A DNA stretch of 63,573 bases, counting the filler, from Octopus bimaculoides (Eukaryota): the NCBI RefSeq assembly GCF_001194135.2. It is 6 parts of 5 records of this genome, joined end to end, with 100 filler letters (N's around TTAATTAATTAA, not from the genome) between each part and the next. Parts side by side here need not be neighbours in the genome. Positions count along the whole stretch, not along the records: positions 26,154 to 54,471 come from NC_068983.1; positions 54,572 to 60,824 come from NC_068988.1; positions 60,925 to 63,573 come from NC_068990.1; 3 more parts are not named here. One strand, written 5' to 3'. Below, piece after piece: positions 52,450 to 63,573 of this stretch (position 1 is its first letter; every line of letters starts with the position of its first letter). The notes beneath the pieces are model-generated. The model made no database searches, was not told the DNA's origin, and saw only the letters and a list, made by a program, of their open reading frames with translations. A program made the translations under genes and the position numbers.

Positions 52450-52800
52450 CGCCCTACACCTGTTGGGATCGGTGGATGTTCCACTTTATCAGTTAGTGGC
52501 GGAGAAAAGTGACAACGTTTTCGAGGAGAGTTTGACAAAAAAAAAAAAATGGAAAGAAAGAAACGAATTGGCTACTCTGTTCGAGTGCGCGCGCGTGTGC
52601 ATCTGTGTGTAGGGAAATTCTGATTGGGATATGCTATGGATATAAGAAGCCCCTGACCTGGTAGTGCTACCAAAGTGCACAACCAGTTTGAGTTAAATCT
52701 ACCACAAACAAGGAATTACTGTTAGAAAGGCCTGCCCGAAATGCGCGCATAACCACGAAACCTTTCTGCACATGTTCGAGTTGTAATCTCTCTGTCTTTT
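52450..52800. promoter_or_regulatory. CpG-rich promoter-like region
   Basis: Non-repetitive with retained CpGs, two ATTGG (CCAAT) boxes near 52566 and 52622, GCGCGCGC, and a palindromic ATGCGCGCAT (NRF1-like) at 52741. Confidence 0.4.
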
Positions 52801-53079
52801 TTGTTGCGGATGTTGCTGCTATATCTTGTGGGGGTATATTTAAACACTGTAGGGATTCAAAGTATTTATGAATGGTAGAAAAGAAGCGGTTTCTTTCTTA
52901 ATAAACAGTTTTTTCCGCAAACGGAGTAGAATTAATGTGGATTACTAAATTCTTAATTTTTCTGTTTAAAAATTATACTTCAATTTTATTTAGCATCGTT
53001 TCATCTGGTAACAATCTGCGGTATGAGAGAGTCAAATGGAGAATTCGACTGTTTCAGAACATTAATAATAATAATGATA

Positions 53080-53297
53080 ATATTCCTTTCTACTAAAGGT
53101 ACAAGGCATGAAATTTGTGGGGGAGGGGACTAGACGATTACATCAACCCCAGTGTTTTACTGGTACTTAATTTATCGACCTCGAAAGGATGAAAGGCAAA
53201 GTCGACCTCGGTCGAATTTGAACTCAGAAGGTAGTGACGGGCGAAATACCGCTAAGTTTTTCGTCCAGCATGTTAACGATTCTGCCAGCTTACCGCC

Positions 53298-53298
<1 letters not shown>
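53080..53298 (-). mobile_element. SINE family B
   Basis: Same A/B boxes and GTACC...GGGGTTGATG body as 26355. Confidence 0.85.
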
Positions 53299-53377
<79 letters not shown>

Positions 53378-53399
53378 TAAATAAATAAATAAATAAATA

Positions 53400-53925
53400 A
53401 ATGCCCTGATGCAGTACCAGTCAGTGGCTCTCATGGCTTTTGATCTTAACTGATTGGAAGTGTTATGTACATTGTTTTGTGTTGGTATAAAAAATGGGTT
53501 ATAGCAAATATTCTGCTCAAAACCACAGATTTGCTTGTCAGTTGTTTGACCTTAACCAGTTGAGCATGTCCCTTGGTGGCTGACGATATGTGCATCTCTG
53601 ATCACGAGTAGAAGTAGTGGGACAGCATCATAGCCATGTGTTGAGAGGAAGTCTTTGGAGTTTGAATAATTCACCTCTGGAAATATGGGTGTTTGTTCAT
53701 CATTCTTAAACAAACCCTATTCAGGAACCTTTTGAGCCGGATGGAACATTCTAACTAGGCTCCACCTGCAAGGTCATGTGCTGTTTATCTTGCTATAAGA
53801 TCACCATGTCAAGCACATATGGTTGTGAAGCATGTGCATGGTGTACCCTTATCAGAGAGGGTGTATTCGGGATTCGTATATTTGTACCCGTGTCACTTTG
53901 ATGGCATGCGTGCTCTCTCTCTCTC
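53400..53925 (-). mobile_element. Microsatellite-embedded ~500-bp repeat, copy 2 (longest)
   Basis: Reverse complement of the 20111 and 57219 copies; flanked by (TAA)n/(TAAA)n and (AAC)n(TAA)n(AAG)n. Confidence 0.85.
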
Positions 53926-53983
53926 AACAACAACAACAATGACAATGATGATGAAGATGATGATGATGATAATAATAATAATG

Positions 53984-54075
<92 letters not shown>

Positions 54076-54390
54076 ACACAGAAGCACTAATACAACCCAG
54101 CAGAACAACTGAAAAATAACTTTCAAAACCTGGAATATCTACTATCTCCTGTAAGTACTTTAAAATTTTCCCCCCAAATAAGGTTAGAAACTTACATATC
54201 TACAATTTTCTCTGCACGAACACACAAACGATCAAAAAACTTTAATACTTACAACTTCTGTGAATACCTATCCTTTCCTTCCTCCCTGAATATTCGAAAA
54301 TGTAAACATACTTTCTATTGTAAGAACACAGATTTCGGATATACAAACGATCATCTTTAGAAAATTTGAGAGAGGGAGAGGGAGAGAGAA

Positions 54391-54471
<81 letters not shown>

Positions 54472-54571
54472 NNNNNNNNNNNNNNNNNNNNNNNNNNNNN
54501 NNNNNNNNNNNNNNNTTAATTAATTAANNNNNNNNNNNNNNNNNNNNNNNNNNNNNNNNNNNNNNNNNNNN
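54472..54571. other. Artificial scaffold spacer
   Basis: 44N-TTAATTAATTAA-44N. Confidence 0.95.
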
Positions 54572-54619
54572 ATATATATATATTTATGTATAGAGTAAAA
54601 TCTATACATACATATACAT

Positions 54620-54948
54620 AGTAAAGACCCCTTTTGGTCATGAATGACCATAGGATTGCACCTAGAAAGTTCCCCTCTGAGACACATGTCTGGGCAAGCT
54701 TGTCTATGGAAGACCAGCAGTCACCCATGCATATCAGCCTCTCTTTTCCATGCCACCAATGCTATCCAAAGGAAAGGCAAAGACTGATACAGCTTGGCAC
54801 CAGTGACATCGCAACTCATTTCTACAGCTGAGCGAACTGGAGCAACGTGAAATAAAGTTTCTTGCTCAAGAACACAACACACAGCCCAGTCTGGGAATCA
54901 AACTCACTACCTCATGATTGTAAGCCCGATACTCTAACCACTGAACCG
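54620..54948 (-). mobile_element. tRNA-derived SINE family C
   Basis: Reverse strand: GGTTCAGTGGTTAGAG (A box), GTTTGATTCC (B box), GTGTTGTGTTCTTGAGCAAG, CAGCTGTAGAAATGAGT. Confidence 0.75.
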
Positions 54949-55544
54949 TGTACTGTCACATCGCCATGACTGGGGCACCACAATGAAATGTTTTAGTCAG
55001 TCATATTTATTTTATTGATCTCTACCATTTTATTTTGATGTAGACAGACACACACATGCATATACACATTCACACACATAAGTTTTTAATTTGAACTCTT
55101 TTTATTATATATTTTATATTTAGGACTCACTTTCTTTAATTTTGGGATGCTTTGTAATATATGCTGCAAGTTCCCATATTAGTTTAGTGTGACCCTGTAG
55201 TCAATGTATGGCTTTCTGATCAGCAGCAACAAATTCTCAATGTTTATGACGTACCTTTGATTAGAACCAAGAAATAGATCAAAAACAAAATTTCAATCAG
55301 AAAAAAATTATCATTGCACAAAAAAAAAAATAATTATATAAATAAATGACTGGATAAAAATATCTTTGTTTACTATTTTTTTAATGTAATTTCAAAATTC
55401 TAAGAAAAATGATAATTTAATTATATTTTATTTCTCTTTTTCCAACATTTGTAAATATTTCTGATTGAATGCCAGAAATAAAATCTAAAATATTCAATAC
55501 TTTTAATGAATCAATGCTTTATTATTATAATTGTTATTATTTTT

Positions 55545-55577
<33 letters not shown>

Positions 55578-55589
55578 GTCATCATCATC

Positions 55590-56627
55590 CGTGATGCTTT
55601 TGCTCTGGCAGATGTTACCAACACTATACCAAAGAGCAAGCCATATCCTTAGAGCCATTCCTTCTCCTTCAACTTTCTAACACCCATTCCTAACAACTTT
55701 CCTTCAACTTTCTAACATCCATTCCTAACAAGGCTGTTTTCTGCAACAGTTCCATCCTGATAGTAATTCCTTTCTTCTCAAGCGAAGCATTCAAATCTTA
55801 CACTAACTGCTCCCAGTGTGCCAACCACAATTGGTACCACTTCTAAGTACCTGATTTTTTAATAGGTTCCTGATTTTCCTCTTCAGCTCTTGATATTTTT
55901 CAGCTTTCTAAGGCAGCAAGCTGAAAGAGTTGTTAGTTCACTCGGCAAAATGCTTTGCAGCGTTTCATCCATCTTTATGCTCTGAGTTCAAATTTTGACA
56001 AAGTCAACTTTGTCTTTAATTCTTTCATGATCGATAAAATAAGCACCAATTGAGAACTGGGGTTGTTGTAATTGACTTCCCCCAACCACCCCCATTCTCT
56101 GAAATTCTTGGCTTTGTGTAAGAATTTGAAATCAGTATTTCTTGCTTTCTCACTTTACTTTCCATTCACTGTGATTCCACAGTGAAGCAATATCCACAAT
56201 AATTGCTTTGTTCTTTTTTGCAACAACAATTTCACGTTTTCTAGCCACAATAAGATGATCCCGTTGGATGGTCATGTCCCACAAGATCTTATATTGTTCA
56301 TTTTTCAGCAACCCTTTTCAGCTGGTACTCATACCATTTCTCACTTCTGCTCATGTCATACATCTGACAAAGCTTTCAGGGAACCAATCTGGCAATGTTG
56401 TCGTGTCTGCTCTTGTATATTTTTTTGTGCACACATATTACATTCTCTAACAATGTGGTTTATTACTTCACCTTTCTCACCACACAACCTACAAAGAAAT
56501 GAAATCACTGACTTGTCAATATTGAACTCAATATAGTTCGTTTTTTAGTGCCTGTTATTGGGCTGCATAGACAAGGACTTTAGTTTCAAATTTCAAGTTG
56601 CTTTTCCTAATCCATTCCCAGTTCTTA
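55590..56627 (-). mobile_element. RLE-clade element 3' fragment interrupted by a SINE (55922-56135) and cut by a mariner
   Basis: WEWIRKSNLKFET; CRLCGEKGEVINHIVREC; HDNIAR; KILWDMTIQRDHLIVARK; IIVDIA; VVPIVVGTLG. Confidence 0.85.
55922..56135 (+). mobile_element. SINE family B nested in the RLE fragment
   Basis: GGCAGCAAGCTGAAAGAGTTG...GAGTTCAAATTTTG...GATAAAATAAGCACC...CTGGGGTTG. Confidence 0.8.
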
Positions 56628-57147
56628 CAAGGGTCAAGTGAAAAGTGCATAGGCTGACCAAGATACTCTAATAGAATGTGACCAAATAAGATTTATTTTT
56701 CAATATAGTCCCCCTTGTGGTCCATGCACTTCTTCCATTAGTGTTGCAGTATTTGAATCCCATTAGTGAACAATCTTTCATCCTGTTGGTCAAAAAAGTC
56801 ATCAACAGCAGATACATCATCATCATCATCATCACTGCAATACTGGTTCCCAGCCAAGTATCTTTTCATGTTTGGGAACAAATGATATTCAGATGGACCC
56901 AAATCAGGAGAATAGGGCGGTTGATCAACAAGTTCAGAACCACAGTCATGCACAACAGTCACTGTAACCAACAACGTGTACTGAAGCATTGTTTTCCTGG
57001 GCGTTTGGACTTGATATCCTTTCGTAACTGTCTCAGCAAGTTGGCATAGTACTCTCCATTGATGGAGTGGCCCTTTTCGAAGTATTCGATACTTTCTGCA
57101 TCTTCAAAAATTGAGGCCATCACTTTCCCTGCAGATGAAACGACCTT
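56628..57147 (-). mobile_element. mariner (DD34D) transposase 3' part with TIR
   Basis: SAGKVMASIF...INGEYYANLL; PPYSPDLGPSEYHLFPNMK; WKKCMDHKGDYIEK; end TA|CAAGGGTC. Confidence 0.88.
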
Positions 57148-57148
57148 A

Positions 57149-57204
<56 letters not shown>

Positions 57205-57218
57205 GTTATTATTATCAT

Positions 57219-57691
57219 TGAGTGAGAGAGCAGTGCATGCCATCAAAGTGACACTGAGATAAAATATACAAAGCCCAGTATACCCATCATGACTACCCAT
57301 CTGATAAGGGTACACTACGTACATGCATCACAACCATATGTGTGCAACATAATGATCTCATATCAAGATAAACAGTACATAGCCTTACAGGTGGGGCCCA
57401 GTTAGAATTTTCTTTAGGTCGAGTAGCCCATCCCACTCAAAAGGTCCCTGAATAAGGGTTGCTTAAGGATGTTCAACAAAACACCCATGTTTTCAAAGGT
57501 GAATTATCCAAACCCTCCAAAATTCTTTTCAACACATGGCTATGATGCTCCCCACTACTTCTGCTCATGATCAGAGATGCACATATCATCAGCCACTAAG
57601 GAACATATTCAACTGGCTATGGTCAAACAACTGACAAAACAAATCTGTGGTATTGAGCAGGACATTTGCTGTAGCCCATCTTTTATACCAA
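57219..57691 (+). mobile_element. Microsatellite-embedded ~500-bp repeat, copy 3
   Basis: Homologous to 20111; flanked by (TTA)n and (TTG/TTA)n. Confidence 0.85.
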
Positions 57692-57788
57692 TATTATTAC
57701 TGTTGTTGTTGTTGTTGTTGTTGTTGCTGTTGTTGTTATTACTATTATCGTTATTATTTGTTATATCGATAAATTATTTAACAAATAG

Positions 57789-58203
57789 GCTCAGGAGTGG
57801 CTGTGTGGTAAGTAGCTTTCTTACCAACTACATGGTCCCGGGTTCAGTCCCACTGCGTGGCACCTTGGGCAAGTGTCTTCTACTATAGCCTCGGGCCGAC
57901 CAAAGCCTTGTGAGTGGATTTGGTAGACGGAAACTGAAAGAAGCCCGTCGTATATGTATGTATATATATATATGTATGTGTGTGTATATGTTTGTGTGTC
58001 TGTTTGTCCCCCACCCCCACCCCAGCATCACTTGACAACCGATGCTGGTGTGTTTGCGTCCCCGTAACTTAGCAGTTCGGCAAAAGAGACCGATAGAATG
58101 AGTACTAGGCTTACAAAGATTAAGCTCTGGGATCGATTTGCTCGACCATAAAGGCGGTGCTCCAGCATGGCTGCAGTCAAATGACTGAAACAAGTAAAAG
58201 AGT
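57789..58203 (+). mobile_element. Full SINE family A
   Basis: GGCTCAGGAGTGGCTGTGTGG...GGTTCAGTCCC...AAACAAGTAAAAGAG. Confidence 0.92.
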
Positions 58204-58469
58204 AAATAAAAAAGAAAAAGGAAGAAAATGAATTTAAGAAATATTAATCAAGTTTCTAATTAATATTTCTGATGTGATAAAGAATTAGATGATTTATTGA
58301 CTTCAGTTTTTAATTAGACAAATGCTGAGATGAGCAAATTTGCATATTTTTCTTAATGTTAGATTTTAGTAGATGCTCTTTTATTGTTTTTTTTTTTTAC
58401 TGTCTCCAGTCACTGAAAATCTATGGCCATACTGGGGCACCACAATAAAATATTTTAGTCAATCATATT

Positions 58470-58690
58470 GCTTTGACATTTTGGTACAAGGTTGATGATT
58501 TTGAGGGAGGAGCTAAGTCGATTATATTGACCCTGGTGCTTGACTGATATTTATTTTATCAACCCCAGAAGTATGAAAGGCAAAGTCAATTTTGGTAGAA
58601 TTTGAACTCAGAACTTAAGGACAGACAAAATGCTGCTAAGCACAGTATTTTGTCTGATGTGATGTACTAACAGTTCTGTCAGCTCACCAT
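58470..58690 (-). mobile_element. SINE family B
   Basis: TTTTGGTACAAGG...TTTTATCAACCCC...GAATTTGAACTCAGAAC. Confidence 0.8.
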
Positions 58691-58894
58691 CTTTTTGTAA
58701 GTCAGTTATACTAACCTCTGAATATATTTTAATCTGGTATTATTTTATTGATCACTATTAATTGGTTACCATTTTACTCTGATATGAACGCACACACAGC
58801 CCTACTTCATCAATGATAAAAACAGACCTGAAACCAAATGCATGCCAAACATGACCATCCTGTGTTTTAGGTTTTGTCTTCTTTATATATACAT

Positions 58895-59297
58895 GTGGCT
58901 GTGTGGTAAGGAGTTTGCTTCCCAACCACATGGTTTTGAGTTCAGTCTCACTGCATGACATCTTGAGCAAGCATCTTCTACTATAGCCTCGGGCCAACCA
59001 AAGTCTTGTGAGTAGATATAGTAGACGGAAACTGAAAGAAGCCCGTCATATATATATGTTTATACGTATATATTTGAGTGTGTGTGTATCTGTGTTTGTC
59101 CCCCTGCTATTGCTTGACAACTAATGCTGGTGTGTTTGTCACTGTAACTTAGCAGTTTGACAAAAGAGACCGATACAATAAGTAATAGGCTTACTAAAAA
59201 TAAGGCCTAGGGTTGATTTCTTTGTCTAAAACCCTTTAAGGAGGTGCTCCAGCTTGGCCACAGTCAAATGACTGAAACAAATAAAAGAATAAAAGAA
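58895..59297 (+). mobile_element. Full SINE family A
   Basis: Homologous to 57789. Confidence 0.88.
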
Positions 59298-59789
59298 TAT
59301 ATATTTATATCTGACTACATGGTTTAATGCGTCCTTCCTGTTTAAAGACAACATGGATGAGATTTAAAGGAGATTTGTCTGCTACTTGTAGCTGGTTGAA
59401 TGACCTCCTAGCAACTGCCAGTCAGTTAAACTGACCCCAGTAGGTGATTGGTAGTTGTTTTGTTGATCACAGAAAGAGGAAGGGTGAAGTTGATCCCTGT
59501 AGGACTTGAATTCAGAGAATTGAATGAATAACATTTTTAGATTACTGAAATATATTCAACAGAGTGAATCAGAAATGCTGAAATAAATTTAAATATTAGA
59601 AAGCCTTTAGCTGTGACAGTGAACTGTGAGAATGCAAATGCAGTTCTTTTAAGCCTTTGATATGTGATAACAGGAGAGTCTCCTGAGAAACAATTTCAAT
59701 ATTTCTTGACTGCATTATAAAGACACACTCAATTGCCTTCTTTAATGGATAGTGTAGAAGAGTCGTCTAATATAAAAAAAAAATAGTCA

Positions 59790-60300
59790 GGCACTAAGCT
59801 ATCCAAGGTAGATAGCTTAATTTACATATTTGTGCTTCAGACATCTAATTATAAAGATATATTTTATGCACAACACAGTGTGAATCAGGAATGCTTAAAT
59901 AAATTTAAATCATTTCCAATCTACTTCCCAGCCACAGCATAGAGAGTTCAGCTGAGTGTATAAAGTAGTCAGAAATTAAGGTATTACTATTGTAGATAAC
60001 TTAATTTGATTATTTGTGTTTTAAATGCCTCATCATTGAGTAAACAAAGTATATTTTATGTCCAACATAATGTAAATCAGAAATACTGAATGAAATGTAA
60101 ATAATAACCTATCTCCTTCCCCATTTTAATAGCATAAAATATTCATCTAATATATGAAGTGGACAGAACTGAGATATTACCATGGTGAATAACTTAATTT
60201 GTATATTTGTGCTTTAGACAGCGCATTATTCATTTAACAAATCATAGAAATGTATTTATATTCTTATAATTCTTTATAACAGCTAAGGTTTGTAATATCT
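59790..60300. repeat. Degenerate tandem repeat, ~190-bp period, about 3 units
   Basis: (G/A)ATA(G/A)CTTAATTT..AT(A/T)TTTGTG recurs near 59810, 59996 and 60188; T(G/A)AATCAG.AAT.CT.AA recurs near 59565, 59880 and 60073. Confidence 0.6.
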
Positions 60301-60479
60301 AGATTTATTTAAATATATCAGATTCAATACTGTGTTGTCAAAAAACCATATATTGTTTATAGTGCTACAACTATCTTGAAGAATAGTATTATTAAGGTAC
60401 AATAGATTAACGAATATTCTCAAGGTAAAGAAACAAATTACAAAATATCATTTGTTTGGTGTGATAAAGATATTCTAGT

Positions 60480-60824
60480 CGTCGTCGTCGTTTAAAGTCC
60501 GCTTTCCATGCTAGCATGGGTTGGACGATTTAACTGAGGACTGGTGAAACCAGGTGGCTACACCAGGCTCCAATCTGATTTGGCAGAGTTTCTACAGCTG
60601 GATGCCCTTCCTAACGCCAACCACTCAGAGAGTGTAGTGGGTGCTTTTACGTGTCACCCGCACGAAGGCCAGTCAGGCGGTACTGGCAACGGCCACGCTC
60701 AAAATGGTGCATTTCATGTGCCACCCGCACAAAAAAAAACAAAAAAACATGAGCCAGTCCAGGGGAACCAGCAACGATCTCGCTCGAAAATCCTACAACG
60801 GCCCCGCACAAGAGCCAGTCCAGG
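60480..60824 (-). mobile_element. SINE or LINE-tail type repeat, family D
   Basis: Reverse strand GGTTGGCGTTAGGAAGGGCATCCAGCTGTAGAAAC...CCAACCCATGCTAGCATGGAAAGCGGAC, ending in (GAC)n. Confidence 0.7.
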
Positions 60825-60924
60825 NNNNNNNNNNNNNNNNNNNNNNNNNNNNNNNNNNNNNNNNNNNNTTAATTAATTAANNNNNNNNNNNNNNNNNNNN
60901 NNNNNNNNNNNNNNNNNNNNNNNN
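60825..60924. other. Artificial scaffold spacer
   Basis: 44N-TTAATTAATTAA-44N. Confidence 0.95.
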
Positions 60925-61364
60925 TATATATATATATGTATCTATATATAGATATGTGTGTATGTGTGTGTGTGTGTGTGTGTGCTGTTTGATGATATCT
61001 ATCATCAAATGTATATCTATCCATAATATGCAATTATATTGATACGTATTTGCAAGGTAGATGAAAATTTCACTTGACGTTTGTATGTATATGCGCCTGA
61101 TTTCGCTCTGCGTAACTGCATATATGTATATGTACATGCGTGGCAAAGAAGGCAGTGAAACAACGAATTACCATAGAGAAAGTGAAAGTAGGTTCACATG
61201 TAAGGATGTGTATAGGAGTTATGAAAGATGGTACTTTCAAATGATAAAATTTTACATCATTTGTCTACTATTCAAATCCTCTCCCTATTTTTGTGTATGT
61301 TTTCTTGCACACAATGTATATGTACCCCACCACACACAAGCAAACACATACACACATTAATAAT

Positions 61365-61975
61365 ACAAATCAATTACATCGACCCAGTGGTGAACTTGTA
61401 TTTATCGTATTGGCCCCGAAATCATGAAAGGTAAAGTTGACTTCGGTGGAATTTGAACTCAGAATGTGAAGTCCAAAGAAATGCCGCAAAGCGTTTTTGT
61501 CGAACGTTCTAGCGATTCTTTCAGCTCACCGACATTTATAATAATTCTTTCAAATTTGTCCCCAAGGCCATAACTGTAGTGGGATGGGGAACAAATAGAT
61601 TATATTAATTCCACTACTTGATAGATTTTTGTTTTATCCACACCAAAAGGATTAACGACAAACTCGACCTGGGTAGAATTTGGACTCAGGACGTAAACAG
61701 ACGGAAGAAATAGCGGAGAGCCTTTTCTCCGATGCGCTAACGATTCTGACTGCGCATCGCATTTATAATACCAATAATGGCTTTAAATTCTAGAACAAGG
61801 CCAGAAAGTTCGGTGGAGGGGGCTACCAGATTACCCTGATATTTTATCGACCCGGGAAGGATATAATTTAAAGTTGACCTCGGTGGAATTTGAACTCAGA
61901 ATGTAGAGTCCGAAGCAATGCTGCATAGCATTTTCTCCTATACACTAACGATTCTGTCAGCGCGTCGCATTAACA
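61365..61975 (-). mobile_element. Three head-to-tail SINE family B copies
   Basis: G(G/A)ATTTG(A/G)ACTCAG and CGATTCT...CAT/CTC ends recur near 61450, 61678 and 61888, separated by short (T)AATAA linkers. Confidence 0.8.
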
Positions 61976-62071
61976 ATAATCATATGTTATGACTTGACAA
62001 ACAGTACAAACCCCCAGGAGACGCAATATCTTCAATCAACAATCTCACGATATTGTATACTGTGCGACGTC

Positions 62072-62144
<73 letters not shown>

Positions 62145-62751
62145 TTTAGTAGTAGTAGTAGTAGTAAATGAAAAATTGACAAATTATACCCATGTGTATA
62201 GGCAATACAGGGAACTTTCGTTGGCCTGTATTCNNNNNNNNNNNNNNNNNNNNNNNNNNNNNNNNNNNNNNNNNNNNNNNNNNNNNNNNNNNNNNNNNNN
62301 NNNNNNNNNNNNNNNNNNNNNNNNNNNNNNNNNNNNNNNNNNNNNNNNNNNNNNNNNNNNNNNNNNNNNNNNNNNNNNNNNNNNNNNNNNNNNNNNNNNN
62401 NNNNNNNNNNNNNNNNNNNNNNNNNNNNNNNNNNNNNNNNNNNNNNNNNNNNNNNNNNNNNNNNNNNNNNNNNNNNNNNNNNNNNNNNNNNNNNNNNNNN
62501 NNNNNNNNNNNNNNNNNNNNNNNNNNNNNNNNNNNNNNNNNNNNNNNNNNNNNNNNNNNNNNNNNNNNNNNNNNNNNNNNNNNNNNNNNNNNNNNNNNNN
62601 NNNNNNNNNNNNNNNNNNNNNNNNNNNNNNNNNNNNNNNNNNNNNNNNNNNNNNNNNNNNNNNNNNNNNNNNNNNNNNNNNNNNNNNNNNNNNNNNNNNN
62701 NNNNNNNNNNNNNNNNNNNNNNNNNNNNNNNNNNNNNNNNNNNNNNNNNNN

Positions 62752-62798
<47 letters not shown>

Positions 62799-63519
62799 CA
62801 TACATACATGCATACATACGTAGACTTAGACGCATATACTTACATACACACACATACATATGCATATGTGAGTGTGCGCGTGAGTTTGTATGCATGTGCG
62901 TGAGTGTGTGTGCAAAAGGTGTTCCTTCATTGTGAACAAGGTTAACCACAATCAATAATTGGCAATACATGTATGTGTGTGTATTTACTTATGTGTCTGT
63001 GTGTATGTGCGCGCTTATATGTGCGTGTGTGTGTGCATGTATGCATACGTGTTAAGTTTGTAAAATCTCTATTAGAAAACCATTTAAATTATTTAAATAC
63101 TTCATTGCATATTCCCATATTCTCAGAGCCAAGAGTTAGGCGCCGAGTGGGACATTATCTGCAAGTTGATTTGGCTTCTGGCGAGAAGTCAATTCACTGC
63201 ATCACTTAAGCTAAAAACACTGAACGTATGAACGAGAGGAAGTGTTACACAAACTCATCTCTCTCGGCTAGCATCATATATATTTGTGGCTTAGGGTAGG
63301 ATTTCGTATGCGCAAGCAATAAATAATCAATCAATGTATAATTAGAGAAACGAATTTCGAAAGAGGAGAAGAATTAGATTCTGATAACATTCAGGCACCT
63401 ACCCCACCTCACACACACTTACGAAAACACATACGTATATATCTGTAACAAAAAAATCACATTTATGAATAGCTCTACGTGTGTATGTATGTATGTATGT
63501 ATGTATGTATGTATCTTTG

Positions 63520-63573
<54 letters not shown>

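Noticed and set aside
52228-52512. 94-aa plus-strand ORF MRFHLLAASS...
   Set aside because: No recognisable domain; it overlaps the better-supported minus-strand splice pattern in a CpG-rich region where open frames arise by chance.
59790-61975. CRISPR-like or regularly spaced repeat arrays
   Set aside because: The units are diverged SINEs or a degenerate tandem repeat; no constant repeat with unique spacers, no cas genes, and a eukaryotic context.
63127-63225. 99-nt phase-0 exon candidate SQELGAEWDIICKLIWLLARSQFTASLKLKTLN
   Set aside because: Plausible splice sites, but isolated at the window edge with no homology recognised.

Overview
AT-rich, gap-riddled eukaryotic genomic DNA. The SINE families and microsatellite load point to a coleoid cephalopod, probably Octopus (inference from repeat content only). 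Five identical 100-nt spacers (44 N + TTAATTAATTAA + 44 N) split the window into six artificially joined pieces, so adjacency across them is unverified. The window is mostly transposons. Retroelements: a young Tx1/L1-type LINE ORF, a near full-length decayed R4/Dong-type RLE retrotransposon plus several RLE fragments beside (TAA)n-type microsatellites, several Penelope-like (GIY-YIG) pieces, RTE fragments, a decayed Ty3/Gypsy element and many tRNA-derived SINEs. DNA elements: Tc1, mariner, maT-like and hAT fragments, MITEs and a Helitron-like element. No complete host gene is recognisable. There is a weak candidate minus-strand spliced gene starting at a CpG-rich promoter-like region near 52.5 kb, and a decayed EGF-like module near 28.1 kb. 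The best-supported unusual items are an 822-bp TRIM-like mini LTR element (TSD, PBS, PPT) nested in the Gypsy integrase, two minimal hammerhead-ribozyme-like motifs, and a ~500-bp non-coding element whose three copies all sit in (TAA)n arrays. I found no convincing wholly new biological system. Most ORF-track entries are microsatellite or N-gap artefacts. Boundaries and identities were estimated by eye.
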